In this document: positions 43,568 through 57,946 of the stretch, in pieces
How positions within the stretch are numbered: the stretch's first letter is position 1
How the letters are laid out: every line of letters starts with the position of its first letter
Notes under the pieces: model-generated
Seen by the model: only the letters and a program-made list of their open reading frames with translations
Database searches by the model: none
What the model was told of the DNA's origin: nothing
DNA from: Eledone cirrhosa
Lineage: Eukaryota
Direction of reading: 5' to 3'
DNA length: 64,000 nt
Assembly (NCBI GenBank): GCA_964016885.1
Contig: OZ024747.1
Location: forward strand, 37,200,001 to 37,264,000
Program-made: the position numbers and the translations under genes

Positions 43568-46064
43568 CCTGAATGTATTTTCGTTGCTTAGGTTTGTGGC
43601 TAGGCTTGCCTGTCGCAATTTTCAATTTGTCACGCTATCTAACGTATGTTATTACTCTAAGGTTCAGCCTTATTGAGTGCATTGCTGCACATTCCTAATT
43701 GTATATCTTCAGCTTGGCTACAGCCGAAACTTCGATTTTACTAAACTTCCATTTGTATATATATGTATAGTATGTTAGTCTTGTGTGTTATTCATTAGGG
43801 GTGTGATTGTGTATGCATGAGCGTATATTTGTGTATTTGTCTTTGTGTGTGTGGGGGGGGGGGGGTAAGACAAAGGAAATGGTACCAAAAATTGTTGGAG
43901 ATTTCTTTGAAGAGGTGCAAAATCAAGCGTTCATAAGTCTGGTGGCCGCTCTGCCTGCTCATTTTGCAGTTTCACTGTTGACTGATAATGATTAAAGACG
44001 TGGAGAAATGCATGAATAAGAATAGACACCAGCTAGCCAAAATCGAAATCTCAAAGTCTTTAATAAGACTGAAATATAGGTACCATATATAGTTATCGAA
44101 GCAAGTGTTTGGGGGTTACTAAAACGTTAAAAACATACTCAATACAACTATTCAAACTCAAGCTTAACTGTGTATTAAACCTATATCAAAATAATCGGTG
44201 TGAAATACAAAATCTTGGTATATTTTTCTGTCTTTATAACAACCGCCTTTTTGTTGTGATTAGTTGGTTTAAAATAAGACAAGGTTTTCTAGTTTTATTG
44301 GTTAGAAAGCAATGAAGATTTAATCATGAAATATAGAAAATGTGATATAGGAGATACATATTTCTGGTTTTCTTTACTACTTTCATTTCATGTGCTTATT
44401 TCTGATTTCTGATATAATTTGTTTCATATTTTTATTTGAATAGCGTTAGTATCTTTCCATTGCTAATTAATTCGGTTTCGTTGTTTCTATGGTTTATAAA
44501 TAATTGTTATTTCTTATTGAACGCAACTTTTATTTTCAATTTTTGTAAATGCATATATATATATATATATATTGAATATAAGCAGACTGTTGTATCAGTG
44601 CTACATTATTAGTTTATTGATGATACGCCTTTGTTGTGCCTATGAAACATTTAGTTGTGATTTTTGTTTGTTCTTTGGGGTTTTTGTTGTTGTTTTTTAT
44701 GGATGGGGGGTCTCATTAATGAGAATGATTATTCTTTTTTGATAAAATAATTCTACTTGGTTCGTGTTTATCAAAATGTATGAACTACTTTGAAAAATAT
44801 AAGATTAGCTTCGAGGTTTGGGATTCATGATTTATGGAAGATTCAATTTTAGAATAATTAGGGAAGTGGGTATCAAGAACGTTAATACTATTACCAACAT
44901 AAACGAAATAAAATGAATCTGCAAAAGCAATCGAAACAGGATCACGAATATGACTGACGGCGATTTTATCTCTCCATTGGTGGACACGCTATCTAAAGCG
45001 ACACTTTATAATATAATGGATTAATCGTTTATTTGCTTTCTCGAGTGTGGGCTTAAATGGTCACATGTACCTGAAAATGGAAATAGATAACCTCTCTTGT
45101 TTATGTTTGCCTGAACGAGGAAATATTCACTGGTGGTTGTGTGACTAAATTGTTTATAGGACAATACTCCATTTTACTTGGTGTGGATGAGCAAGTAAAT
45201 ATTTCTCTGAAGAATTATCATTTCAAAGAACATGCATAAAGGATTAACATGTCTTACATTTCAATCATGCAATTTTCCTAGAATAGGCAAATGGTAATTC
45301 CTTTAAGGTTTATACGTGATACCGAATCTTATGGGCTACTCTAGCTGAGGTGTTTTGTTTTATTGTAGTTGCTGTTGATTTTGTGTTCTTTGTTGGTTTT
45401 CTGCTCGCTGCTTTCTTTCTTTCTGTGTTGTTGTTTTTTGAATGTTGTTGTTGTTGTTGTTGTTCTTGATGTTGTTGCTAATACTTTTCTCTTCGCTTAA
45501 CTTGAAAACAGTGAAAAAAGAATATTTCCTCTTGTATATTCTGAATAGCTATTAAATTTATTTCGGTTTTTCCTGAAATAGCAGGATAGCACTTTTTTTC
45601 CTCAAAGAACAAAAATGCATATACTGCTTGAAATTGGAGAGTGCATCACTATCGTGTGTGCAGTGGGTTCTAATTTAATTATATTGGAAAATCTTCAAAG
45701 CAATGTTCCGTAAATGCGTTTCTAAGACATTGATTATATCCAGAATATTTTCGTAGAGAATAAGGAATTCTCCTTAATATGCTACTTTACAGAACAAAAT
45801 TATTTTTCGTGGCTTAAGGAATATATATTTTTTTTATATAACCCATCAATAGAGGTTTGTCAAAACGTCTTCCTGCCTCACTACCTCTCATTCCCACGAT
45901 ACCGATTTGCTATCCCAACTTTACCATCAACAACAAAAATGGTGTTTCTTGTTTAGCAAACAGAATCACCATCGACAATTTATAACCAATAGCAAAACAA
46001 AATTTTCCAGGGATGCCTTCTGTATGAAGAATATATAGCTATTCATGCAGAAATAATTCCTGGA

Positions 46065-46312
46065 AAGCTACGGTTAATTATCTGTAATATAGTGTACCAA
46101 ATATAATTTTAATCAATTGAAATTACAACTGTAAAGAGAATATAAATCTTTGTAAATAAGGGAAAAGTGGAAAAACTGCGAAACTTGAATTGATTAAAAT
46201 TGTAGTGGTGATATTTTAATCAATTCAACTTTAGAGTTCCCTTCTCGTTTGGAATATATTTTCAATTGATTCAAATTTTGGCTCATTACATTATATTAGC
46301 CGACACGTAACT
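46065..46312. repeat. Degenerate foldback element
   Basis: TTGAATTGATTAAAAT/ATTTTAATCAATTCAA around 46205; outer AATCAATTGAA/TTCAATTGATT arms. Confidence 0.6.
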
Positions 46313-46649
46313 ATATAATATAACCAAACTCGTCAATTCCACCCCTACACATTATGCAATTCTATTTCGATTGACTCTGCTTGTTTGGTGCGATGCCAAA
46401 ACAGTTTCCAATTAACTATGCAAATCACAATCTTGTGATCTTTCTGGAAATAAATTTGAAACTGTTAATTACTCGACATTATCGATATTTGTTAACTATA
46501 ATTAAGCTGTAATCTTAATTATCATCTTTAGTGTAGTTCGATAGCAGAGTACAGACTTGGCTTAGATGGTACTCTTTGAGATGCAGTTGGTCGTGTTATT
46601 GTTTCGTCCTAGATCAATGCTTATTCTGATTTTGTTTTATATGGAGAAC

Positions 46650-46935
46650 CATTCTAACGTACCCTTTTTATATATTTAGGACCCATTCCAATGTATCCTT
46701 CTTTATATGTAGGACTCTTTCTAATCCCCCATGTTTATATATGTAGAGCCCTTTCTAATGTACCCTTGTTATATGTAGGACCCTTTCAAATATAACTTTT
46801 TTGCTTACGAATGACCTTTTCAAATGTAACCTTTTTTTTATATGTAGAACCCTTTTAATGGACTTTTGTTATATGTAGGACCCTTTCAAGTATAGATTTT
46901 TTGCATACGAATGGCCTTTTCAAATGTACCCCTTT
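46650..46935. repeat. ~30-bp minisatellite (ATATGTAGGACCCTTTCTAATGTACCCTT)
   Basis: About nine diverged tandem units. Confidence 0.8.
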
Positions 46936-48664
46936 ACTTATATATTCTTTTTACGTATGCAGTACATAGGTAAGGGTATCAATTTTAAGGACACGCAGTA
47001 TTTCACAACAGTAACGATACAAGACAAACTGCAAGTTGTGGACCCAACACAGAGTAAGGTGAAATAGAATATTAATTAATTCTTTCTAACTAAAAAGGAT
47101 ATTTCTAGTCTTTGAAGGCTGCAATTCCTATGGGTGGAACAGGTGAGATATACAAGGGAAGAAACTACCAGGAGAGTATTTGTGATTACATTTAGGGATT
47201 ACAATTTGAAAGGGATGATACCTAGTCTCCAATATCGTGCTCCGTTTAAACTCGTGAAAATGAAGCAACACAAAATGCAATTACGCTATCGAATATAATT
47301 AATATTAAAACCTCTCTCTCTCTCTCTCTGCGAGTGCGTGCGTGTTAAATATATGTTTGAAATATATTTTCTCCTATACATTAATTATTTCATGCTTTTC
47401 ATAAACAAACCTATTTCTACTTTATTGTCGAAAGTTTTATTATATATTGACGTTACTTCCAATCTTGTGTAACATATATTCATAGTTAACTTCATAACAC
47501 CACCCCGATCAAGGTGTAGAGTCTGTCATCCTCTACCATCCTCTTTTTCTTTGCCTAATAGACCTTGCCCTTTCCCTATAGTCCTTGATTTTTCCCTCCT
47601 TTTCTTCTCATTTATGGCATTTATAGTGCTTTCCTTTACTATCCTATAAAGCCAGATCTGTCCATTTAACCCTTCCCCTTTTTTTTCATTAATTTCCATC
47701 ATATTATAACTTTTGTTTGTAAAATATAGTTGATCTACGTTAAAATAGTCTAAGGACTCTTAAGGGGGTTTTCGGATTTGCAATCTTTAAGTTTAGGCTT
47801 CAGTTAAATATTAATTATTTTCTTGGGTATGTATGCACTACCCTCCTTCTACTGCTCTACTACGACTCACTTTAACAGTTGAGCATTTTATGGGAAAGTA
47901 CCGGCTGTATTTTCCAACAAAGAATGTAACAATCTCATTATAAAAGTATGATACGAATTGTCTACAAAATAGATAATTTCACGAATATAATACTTTGAAA
48001 AACTTACTCTTTCGACAAAGAACATTAAGACATTCGGCTTCAAAATTCTAAAATATCCCTCTCGTAACAAAATATTTGAACCAGTTGAAGCGAATTATTT
48101 TAATTTAGTTAGAGGCGTGACATTCAACAATTTTAAAACACTGAACATTTTCAATGACCCTAAAATATCTTTGTAGATTCAGACAAAACAAAATAATCAT
48201 ACGAGTTAGATTATTCCATATACTACCTATTGTTATGCAATAATATTACAAATATTTACAAAAGAGTAATAAATTTCGATTAATTTAGATCTAAGAGATC
48301 ACCTCGATTTTATGTATAAAAACAAAAACAAAACATTGCAATGTTAGCACTACGTAAAACGGATATCGCTTTTTAAGTACCATAAAATTGTTTGAGCAAC
48401 AAAACAACTAGACATATTAATTTTATGAAAGTCGGTTAAGAGTCGTTACTAAAAAGGTTTAGGCAACAATAATCTTCACACTTAAAACTGCGTTTCTATT
48501 TAACCCTTATGCAACTATTATATTTCTGATAAAGATTTGATTTGATAGCATTAACAATAAACATCGGTATATATATTCACGACTGTTACTGTAATTTTCA
48601 CTTTTATGATCTTCAGGAAATTGTTATGTTAACATTGAATGTGTCAACACTAAATATATGTACA

Positions 48665-48735
<71 letters not shown>

Positions 48736-49294
48736 GGTGCATGTGTGTGTATTTTTACAGTTCTGTGTTCTTTTATTTTTAGTGTTAAACGTTGATAGTA
48801 CATAAAATCTGTGTCTATATGCACATACACATGCACGTGGACACACACTTGTCTATGATATGTCTCTGTGTATATATTTAGATATACATATGGGTACAAT
48901 TCATAAAACATTAGAAGTTTAGATAACGTTATATGTACATTTTCTGTTTATCTTCATGCCTGCATGTAGTGCGAAAATATCCTTGGGTGAAATTTGTTAT
49001 GGTACGAAAGCACAGCGTCTCGGCATATTTTCATATCGTGTGTGATATTCGTCAATTACAAGGAATATAAACCAGGACGTAGTCCAAGGGTCGCCTCACG
49101 TGAATACACCATGATCATCAAGGTTGGCCTTGGCACACACCTACACACGCTCGCACGTACATATATAAACACCCCAATGAAATTCGCAAACAGTCACACA
49201 GACGCACATACACATAAGCATAAACACACACACAACCTAAATCACCAAAAACATTACTCACCGATGCCAAATTATCCACCACAAACCCACAACC

Positions 49295-49620
49295 AATTGT
49301 CAAAAAATGTGGTCGCTCTAATTGTGGAACCTGTACTCACCTCATTGAAGGCAACACGTATACATTTAAATCAGGATAAAATTTTGCTGTAAAAAATCAC
49401 TTCACTTGCTAATCCCAAAATCTACTTTATGCCATTAAATGTAAAGGATGCAATGAATATCATATAGGGCAAACTAAACTCACACTCAGAAACAGAATGA
49501 CAATTCATCGCCAACAATTACGAGACCCTACCATAAGACAGATACCTCTCAGTGCACATCTAGACATATGCGCAAGTAATAAGACACCCCAAATTCCAAG
49601 TCTTCCTACTTTATCTTTGC
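49295..49620 (+). pseudogene. Penelope-like GIY-YIG endonuclease relic
   Basis: Manual translation: CQKCGRSNCGTC..FTC*SQNLLYAIKCKGCNEYHIGQTKLTLRNRMTIHRQQL..LSAHLDIC; in-frame stops. Confidence 0.85.
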
Positions 49621-50181
49621 GCTGACAATACAACAGAACAAATACGAATAAATATAGTTTAATATAAATTAAATATAGTTTAATATACATTAATATGTTA
49701 ACACCATAACATACTAACCATCCACACAGACACATGCATTCACACACATAACACCCTCTTCTATATTCGAAAATAAATGACCAGAGCTAAATGTAGTTTA
49801 ACATACGTTAATATTTTAACACCTTAACATGCTAACCATACCCCCTACACACACATGACACCCTTCTCCATTTCTACAAATGGAATCATTTTCCTACACA
49901 CGCACACACACACACATCCGCACACAATAAAAATATATATCTCTATTTTCTACCCTGCCGCCACCTCCAACACTATTGATACAAACATTCAATTTATTTC
50001 ACCGTGTGTATGATTATAATTGATTGGCAGCATGCTAACTAAAGACTACCTACCTATATCACTCAAGAACATCCCAACCCCATCCAGGACTACTTATCGT
50101 CCCCTACTTTTGCTCTTTACTCTCTTTACTCTTTGTTCTTGAAAGTTTGGTTGGTAGAGTCCATAACACCAATCAAACCCC

Positions 50182-50241
50182 TTTTATAGCTCTGACGAAT
50201 CCTACGGTTACGTAAGGAAGAAACATTGTAAGCCAATAAAA
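50182..50241 (+). ncRNA. Minimal hammerhead-like ribozyme downstream of the Penelope relic
   Basis: GCT-CTGACGA-(TCCT.ACG/CGT.AGGA stem)-GAAAC-att-GTA-AGC. Confidence 0.55.
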
Positions 50242-50275
50242 ATCTTTTGATGTTGTAGACGCTCTTGTGTTCTTT

Positions 50276-50331
<56 letters not shown>

Positions 50332-50405
50332 AAGGAATTGTGGTAAGGAACCAGATGGACTATAACGCACCAGAGTACTCAATACTTAGGGTAGTAGAGT
50401 GGGAA

Positions 50406-50522
50406 ATAGGAAAAATTATGACCCTGACAGTAGAGCTCAAGCCGTTTCGACGGCTATTTCTGGTCCAGAAATAGCCGTCGAAACGGCTTGAGCTCTGCCG
50501 TCGGGGTCATACTTTTTCCTAT
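50406..50522. repeat. ~115 bp near-perfect palindrome
   Basis: AGAGCTCAAGCCGTTTCGACGGCTATTTCTGG-T-CCAGAAATAGCCGTCGAAACGGCTTGAGCTCT. Confidence 0.93.
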
Positions 50523-50539
50523 ATATATATATATTACCG

Positions 50540-50990
50540 CCGAATTATACAGTCGTTATATTGACGACTGTATCGCTGTCACGACTCTCACCCGGGAACA
50601 GCTCGACTCCTTTCTCTCTTTCCTCTTCTCCTTCCCTTCCTCCCTCCACTTCACCACGTCCATCTCCACTACCTCCATCCACTTCTTGGACATGTCCATC
50701 GCCATCGACCCCTCCCACCGCTCAATCATCACCTCCGCTTTCTTCAAACCCACCGCCTCCCACTCCTATCTCGACTTTACTCCCTCCCACACTAAACACT
50801 CCATTCCTTATACCCAACTTCTCCGGATCCACCGACTTGCAGCCGAAATGCGGACTTTGAGATCCAGGCACTTTCTCTGGTCCATCATGTCACCCAGAGG
50901 GGTTACCCCTTCCCTTGTCCACGCCACTCTAAAACCCGTTCTTCCAATTACAGACATGCACCGTTTGAACTCCCAACCCCTCTTCCTTTA
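50540..50990 (+). pseudogene. Penelope-like reverse transcriptase C-terminal fragment
   Basis: RYIDD..FLDM..FKPT..YLDF..SIPYTQLLRIHRL; followed by a CA-rich tract and a hammerhead-like core at 52257. Confidence 0.85.
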
Positions 50991-51538
50991 GCCCCCGACT
51001 GACTCCCCCAGCCGTCCCTTCCACCTACTATCACCCCTAACCTCTACCCCCCATACACACACCTCACCACCCGACTAACACTACTAAAAGAAACCCTACC
51101 ACTACCCTTTCCTTCACCCTTACACCTCTTACACCACAAAAAACACACACGCACTTACACCCTAAACACACCATTATATACACTCACTCACACACCGACA
51201 CTACCTCTTCGCATGTCCACTACGCTTTCTACACACACACACACACACACACATTCACATAACTCCATACACACATACATACACACATGCCACTCTCAGC
51301 CACCTCCGCCCACACACTTGCCTGTCTACACAGTTACTACCCTTCATGTAGTAGTACTACTATCATTCTCACTCCGACTCTTTCGACTTGACCCCTCCCG
51401 GTTGCGTACGTCACACTACCATTTCACTTCCTCATCACCATTTTCTTCTACTTGAACTTGGAATTTACCTCACATTGAAATCCACCTGGTAAACCTTCAA
51501 TCTTTACCCTCCACACACACACACGCACACGCACACGC

Positions 51539-51575
<37 letters not shown>

Positions 51576-52934
51576 AACATCCAATCATAAACTTAGACTC
51601 ACACACACACACACTTGCACCAATTCCGCACACATGCAACTACACACATTACATGAACCCACATCACCTGCAGACACACCACGCATCCCCTTCTTTTAAT
51701 CACACAAACACACACGCACTTGCACATCTACACATACACCCACATTTCACCCCACACCGCCTCCGGATTTGACATGACCTCATCTCATCCCATCCGGCCC
51801 CCTCCATCACCACACACATACATACACACCATCACCCATACAGGGGCTCTACACGGACAGACATACTCTCTACCCCAACATACACACAATAGTTTTTCAA
51901 AACCCACATTCATACACACTCGCTTCCTTCCAGACTCTCACACTTATATCTACACATACACACACACACTTACATCTACACATACACACACACCTTATCT
52001 TCCGCCATCCCGGCTCGAACTCTAATTTTCCTAACACCCCACCCCCCTCTTTCCCACTCCACCCATCCGTTACACCCTACTACACCCGCCATCCTTCATT
52101 TCCACTTTTTTTATTCTTTTTTTTTTATATATTTTTTTAATTCTGTTTTTATTCATTTTGATTTTCCTGTTTATTTTTATTTCTATTTTACCGCTCTTTG
52201 ATGTTCTTCCTATTATCTTCCCTCCTCATTCGCCCTCGGAGTTCCTCCCTACTGTCCTGATGAATGACTTATGTCCGAAACGTCGTAACCTCCTCCACTC
52301 TCACCAAGCGTGAAGCTAATAACACTATATACCATTGACTCCTGCTTTGTTTGTCTTTTTGAACTATATATTTATATAAATGAAAATATAAATATTACAT
52401 AACTATATATATACATGTCTGTGTGTAATTGTTTTCAACCCTCCAAATAATGACGTATTATCTTCGTTTTTTTCTGTTCTTTGCCAGGGAACGTCTCCAC
52501 GAACCTAAGTATCGTCTTCCTGTCTCCCTTCGGTTGCAACGTTTTTTGAAATATTTACTTCTGCGTTCACAGATTGACTTTTTTAGTTTCAGAAGATCTC
52601 GTTAAGGCTGAAAGCAGCGATTCTTTGCTTAAACTTTAATCTTTTATTTTAATAAATATTTGCCCTACGGTTCTTATATATTTGATATATATTTATCCTT
52701 ATCGAGCCCTCTTTGGATTTTAGTCTTCAAATTTATTATTATTACTATATATATATATATATATATATAAGTAAACGAGGTATCATATAAGGTAATCCAT
52801 GTAGAGGTTAGGAGTAATCTGTAAAGAGTAATCGTGCGGCGTTGTTTGGTTCGACAAGATGTTTGCCTGGTTGTGGCGTTCGGGTGGCCGATTCCAGATA
52901 GTTCCTAGGTAAGCGGTTCCTGGAGTATTAATAA

Positions 52935-53178
52935 TGAAGGAGTGAAGAATATCACGGATCAGCTATACAGCAGGGTTTATTCCAAACATTAACAAATGTT
53001 TCATTGCCCCGGTATGTCTAAAAATCGCTATCTGCGGTGCTGCTTTGACATTAGATTTTAAGTACCGTTAGTATCAGCAAAATTTTGATAATTTCGCTGA
53101 TAACACAACGGGCCCATGAAACATTTGTTCATACTTGGAATAAACCCTGCTGTAAAGCTTGTTATTCTTCACTCCTAA
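52935..53178. repeat. Inverted pair of pLTR-like ends
   Basis: ATGAAACATTTGTT..TTGGAATAAACCCTGCTGTA..TATTCTTCACTCCT on + at 53115-53177 and on - at 52937-53012. Confidence 0.7.
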
Positions 53179-53939
53179 AAATATATATATATGTGTGTGT
53201 GTGTGTAACCAGAGTATTTTCCCTAGTCGTGCACATATGTATGTGTGTCCATCTGTATGTTTGTGTGTGTGCCTGTGTGTATATGTGTGTGCGTGCGCGC
53301 GTGTGTGTGGCTGTAAGTTTCAACTATCTGGAAACTTGCTCAGACAGTAAGCTAAGAAAAATTTGAATTTATACGTGACAAATTCAATAAAATATCTTCG
53401 TTAATACTTTATCTGAATATAAGTACAAATCTATCTACGTATATTATAAATAAGCATATGCATATACACAGAATTAAATAAAATATTTCAAGATAGCTTT
53501 TTATCAAAATCGACTCACAAATGGTTAAATCGTTAAATTATTAAATATAATCACATATGCGCTACTTAGATACTCTTTCCGTGAAATTATGTTCTTATTT
53601 GCGCAAATTTAACTAAAGGCTTGTATATGCTTAAAATTCAATAAAATATTTCAAGGCAGCTTCTGCATCACAATAGATTCCCAAATGATTAAATATGTAT
53701 GAAGGTAAATTTCATATATGTTAACAGTGACACTTTACATATGCATCGCTTATATCTAAACACTGACATATACACAGAAATATGTTGAAGAACATCTTAG
53801 CATAAAAATAGTTTCACACATTATTAAATGTAGTTGAAATCATATTATTACACAGACATCTATCTACATATATAATTATGTATATCATATTTAAACGTTT
53901 ACAGTTTGGTACGGACATACACTAGCACACACATATAAG

Positions 53940-56900
53940 ACCCATTCAACGCTTCCGTGGCACCCATACCAAGGCCACGGATAACTAAAATAGTGGCAGT
54001 AGCGGCAGCAACACCAACAGTCACAGTAGTTACACCGGCGGCAAAATCGCTGGAGCGGGCTCCACTACCACCACCAACTGCCGTGGAGTTCATACTCCTC
54101 CCAAATGCCGCGGAATCCGACATGGAATGTGAGGCGGGAGTGGAGTGGAAAAAAGTTTACCACAAAAAGAAAAGAAAGAACCCCTTAGCTTCGCCCTCCA
54201 AAAGCGAGGGCAAACGAAGCGGGATAAAGGCTGCAAGGCGACATGCAGCAACACAACCACCATCACCGTCACCACCACAAGCATCACCACCAACAACAGC
54301 CACACCACCACCAGCATCACCACAAACAACAACATCACAAACACAACAAGGTACACTCAACTAACAGCAGCAACAGCACCAACCCCCCAAAATAAAAAAA
54401 GTACACAGCCGTAAACATTATAAATTAAGAACTCGTGGAATATATAAAACAGCACACAGACATTACATACAAAAATTACAGACAATTACAGATAAAAATA
54501 AATATTGTCGAATTTAAACATTATAAACATTTAAAACAAAAATTCCCCAACGCGGTTGGGGGCCTTCAGAGTGTCTGTTACCAAGAGAATATACACGGAT
54601 ATTATCTTGGAGACACCGATAACCAGCCAAAGAGACAGTTCGACTGTCCCTTTCCCACACGATCAAGGTCGATGATCCTTTCTCACTTGCCCTGTTCCTC
54701 ACCCAACATGGCCTTACTTAGGATAGGCAGTGTAAATGTACGGGGCATGGTGGTCATCTTGGAAGCAGGGCCACCTGCTTAACGATCTCAGGTCACTAAA
54801 ATCGATGTGGTGGCCATCAGTGAGACCAGAATCTCAGAAGCACGAGACTTCGCACCCATCTTCGGCGATGAATACGCATCTCCCAACCGTTGTTGTGCTT
54901 TTTCGGAGAGGCTTGGATCTCGCCATATAGGCCATCTTCCTAGACCCAGAAGGTAAGTTGATGGTGCTGGAAGTGACCGGCAGCGAAGGCAATGCTTTCA
55001 GGCTAGTAGCCGTCTACGCCCCAACAGAAGCAGGACGGCCAGATTTCTTCAGACGTCTAGAGACCTTTCTTGGAACATCCCGCTCTTTAGTGTTAGTGGG
55101 CGATTGGAACGGTATCTTAGATGCACGCTGGGATTATGTGTTGTTAGTAGACAGTAAAAGCCTCAACAACCTGCTCAGATGTTTTGAACTGTCTGACAGG
55201 TATCGACTGGATTATCCGAATGTGCCAATGTGGACATGGACACACCGCATCGGGTCATCCAGATCGTATTTAGATAGAGTATTGTCTAGGGAAGCAGATA
55301 AGACTAGCGTAGATTGTACACATCTTAAAGTAGTCGGCTACTCGGACCACAAATTTGTGATCTGTGAAGTCGACTTAGATAGATTTCATACGCAGGAACC
55401 TGGTTACTGGAAGCTGAATGCGTTGTTCCCGGCGCGCAAAGCTTACAGAGACCGGATAAGCGAATTAGTTAAACGTGCGTTGACGGGTGCGATCGTCAAC
55501 AACAGGTGGTGGTTTACCCGGAAAAGGGCAATTAGAGTAGACTCGATAAGGTTTCGCAAAGGAGTAGCGACAGAGGAAATAGAGTAGAGGGAGAGCTAGT
55601 TAGAAAGAGGCTTTTCGGGCAGGCAATGCAACCGACCTGCTTGCGGCGAGATTGGCACTCGACTAATTCTTCAACGCAAAGCACGATGGCTGCGTTATCA
55701 GAGCTAGAGCACGAGCTCTGAGACACGAGGGAACAAAAGTCGTCCAATGGGCCCGAGTGGCGGAAGCGCGACGTGGCAACAAAGCCACAATTCGGTCTTT
55801 GCCTGACCAAAACTGGCGCATGTTACTCGAACCCGAGCAGATGTGTGAGGCTTTTCAGCAGCACTGTGCTCAATTGTTCGGGCGGCGGCGGGCCAGATCG
55901 GAGTATGGACTTCGGTGCATACCTCGACAGACTTCCGCGGCTCTCGACGACCGCGGCACAGTATTTCGAAAAGCCGATAACAGCAGGTGAAATATGGGAA
56001 GCGTTATCAGACTGCACGAGGGGAAAATCGCCAGGTTTGGATGGTCTGCCCTACGAGCTTTATGCGTACATGCCAGACTTGTTCTGTGACCTCTTGCCAA
56101 ATGTCTACTGAAACTGGCTGCAGAACGGGAGCATTCCCAGTTTTGTGAGCCGGGGAGGGGTGATGCTGCTGAGAAAAGACCCGAACAAGGGGGACGTTAT
56201 AGCAACTTCAGGCTCATAACTCTGATAGACGCAGAGATCAAGATTTTGGCCAAGGTGTTAGCAAAGAGATTGGCGCTTGTCGTTGGTGATCTGCTGGGAG
56301 AGGCGCAGACATGCGCCATTCCAGACAGATCCATCCACAACCTCCACCTCATGCAATACATCGTAGAGAGGGTGGTTAAGGAACCTGGCATGGGTGGGGC
56401 CCTGATCAACTTAGATCAATCTAAAGTGGTGGTCCTCGAGACTGCAGGCTTCGGGCCTGCTTTCAGGGGTTGGATCGCTGCGATGCACAACAACATCTGC
56501 TCAGATGTGAGGGTGAGCGGTCACCTACCATAGCCGTTTAGCATCATGCGCTTGGTCCGCCAGAGTTGTCCCCTCGCGTCCGTCTTGTACATATTGGCCC
56601 TCGAACCGTTACTGTACGAATTGGAGGCGACGAGGGGCGTTCCACGCGAACTGTGATGTTGGAGATCCGTCTCAGCTTACGCCGACGACGTCACCGTGGT
56701 GGTGTCAAGCACCGGACATATCCAAATGCTCGGCACCGCTCTCAAGGAATATTAAGCAGTGACAGGAGCAAAGTTAAACCAGGAAAAGTCGATGGGCTTG
56801 CAGTTCGGCACCTGGAGAGGCAAGTCCATGCCGTCCGACAGATCGTTGGGCGCAAGACGGAAGGACCGATTAAATTGTTCGGAGACTGGTTCGGTCGGGA

Positions 56901-57928
56901 CCTCCAGTTAGAGAAAAACTGTAGCGAGGTGACAAGGTGACGAATGCATTCATCGCATCCGTCATCTGCTACCGCCTAACCGTCGTGCCTTGCCCGGCCC
57001 AACTCTGACCAAAATGGAGAGCCTCCTCTTCTGCTTTTTGCGGAAGGGACGTGCTCCCATGGTCACTAGTATCGGTGGAACATCCACCTCGACCAAGACG
57101 ATCAGCTATTCGCTCTCTTCAAAAGAACTTTCAGCCCGGGGCCTGTGGACTACTTCCAGAAATCCCTGGCCTGGCAGTGCTACCGGAGAGCGTTGCCGGT
57201 TCGAGATAAGCTATACAGGCACGGAAGTGCCGTCAGCCAGACCTGTCCAAGATGCGCGCAGGGCGACGAAACCGCCGCGCACGCACTCGTTCAGTGCCCG
57301 AGCATTGCTGACTTGTGGGGCTATGTCGAGCAGTTTCTGTCGCGTGTAGGACGGATCCGGTTATCGAATGAGTTCATTGTGCAAATAGCCCCGCCGTCCT
57401 TCTTTAAGGAGGAAGAAAGGGAGGCAGTTTTCATCTGCCTGGTGGCTATGACGAAAGAGATTGTATGGTGGGCAAGGTTGAAAGGATTGAAGACGGACAT
57501 TTTCCTCTTCAGCGAATCCCTGATTAATTTTTTCAAATTTCACTTGAAGAGGAAAATCAGGATGGAGAGGCAAGTGCTGTCTTCTATTAAATCTGTTGAA
57601 CGGTGGGTGAAAGTGGTGAGTCTGGTCCGAGTGAACCAGACTCTGAGTAAGCCCCTGTAGACTGAGGAGTGGGAGAACTAGGAGAGGATGCTTGCCCTGG
57701 TGGTCAGGGTGGCCGTTGTCTTTTCTGTGGTTTTCGACTCTCGGAGTTTTCCCCACTATTGGGGAAATTTTGGTATCTGAATTTTTTAATTTGTTTTTAC
57801 ACATTACTATTTTCTTGTTATAACCTTTTTACAGGGCCAAAACCCACATTGTATCGTCCTGTACCGTTCTGTCCCCGTCTATTGTATTGTTACCTATATG
57901 TCGGCACTTGTGGCCAATAAATTAATCC
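53940..57928 (+). mobile_element. E5: 5'-truncated, decayed Tx1-like element (E3-related)
   Basis: ORF1 C-terminal remains; ORF2 from ATG ~54708 to TAG 57660 with stops and deletions; degenerate ATT tail. Confidence 0.92.
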
Positions 57929-57946
57929 ATTCTTCTTATTATTGTT

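Noticed and set aside
43800-48500. Host exons in the AT-rich unique-looking region
   Set aside because: No recognisable protein motif or consistent exon chain by eye; small exons cannot be excluded
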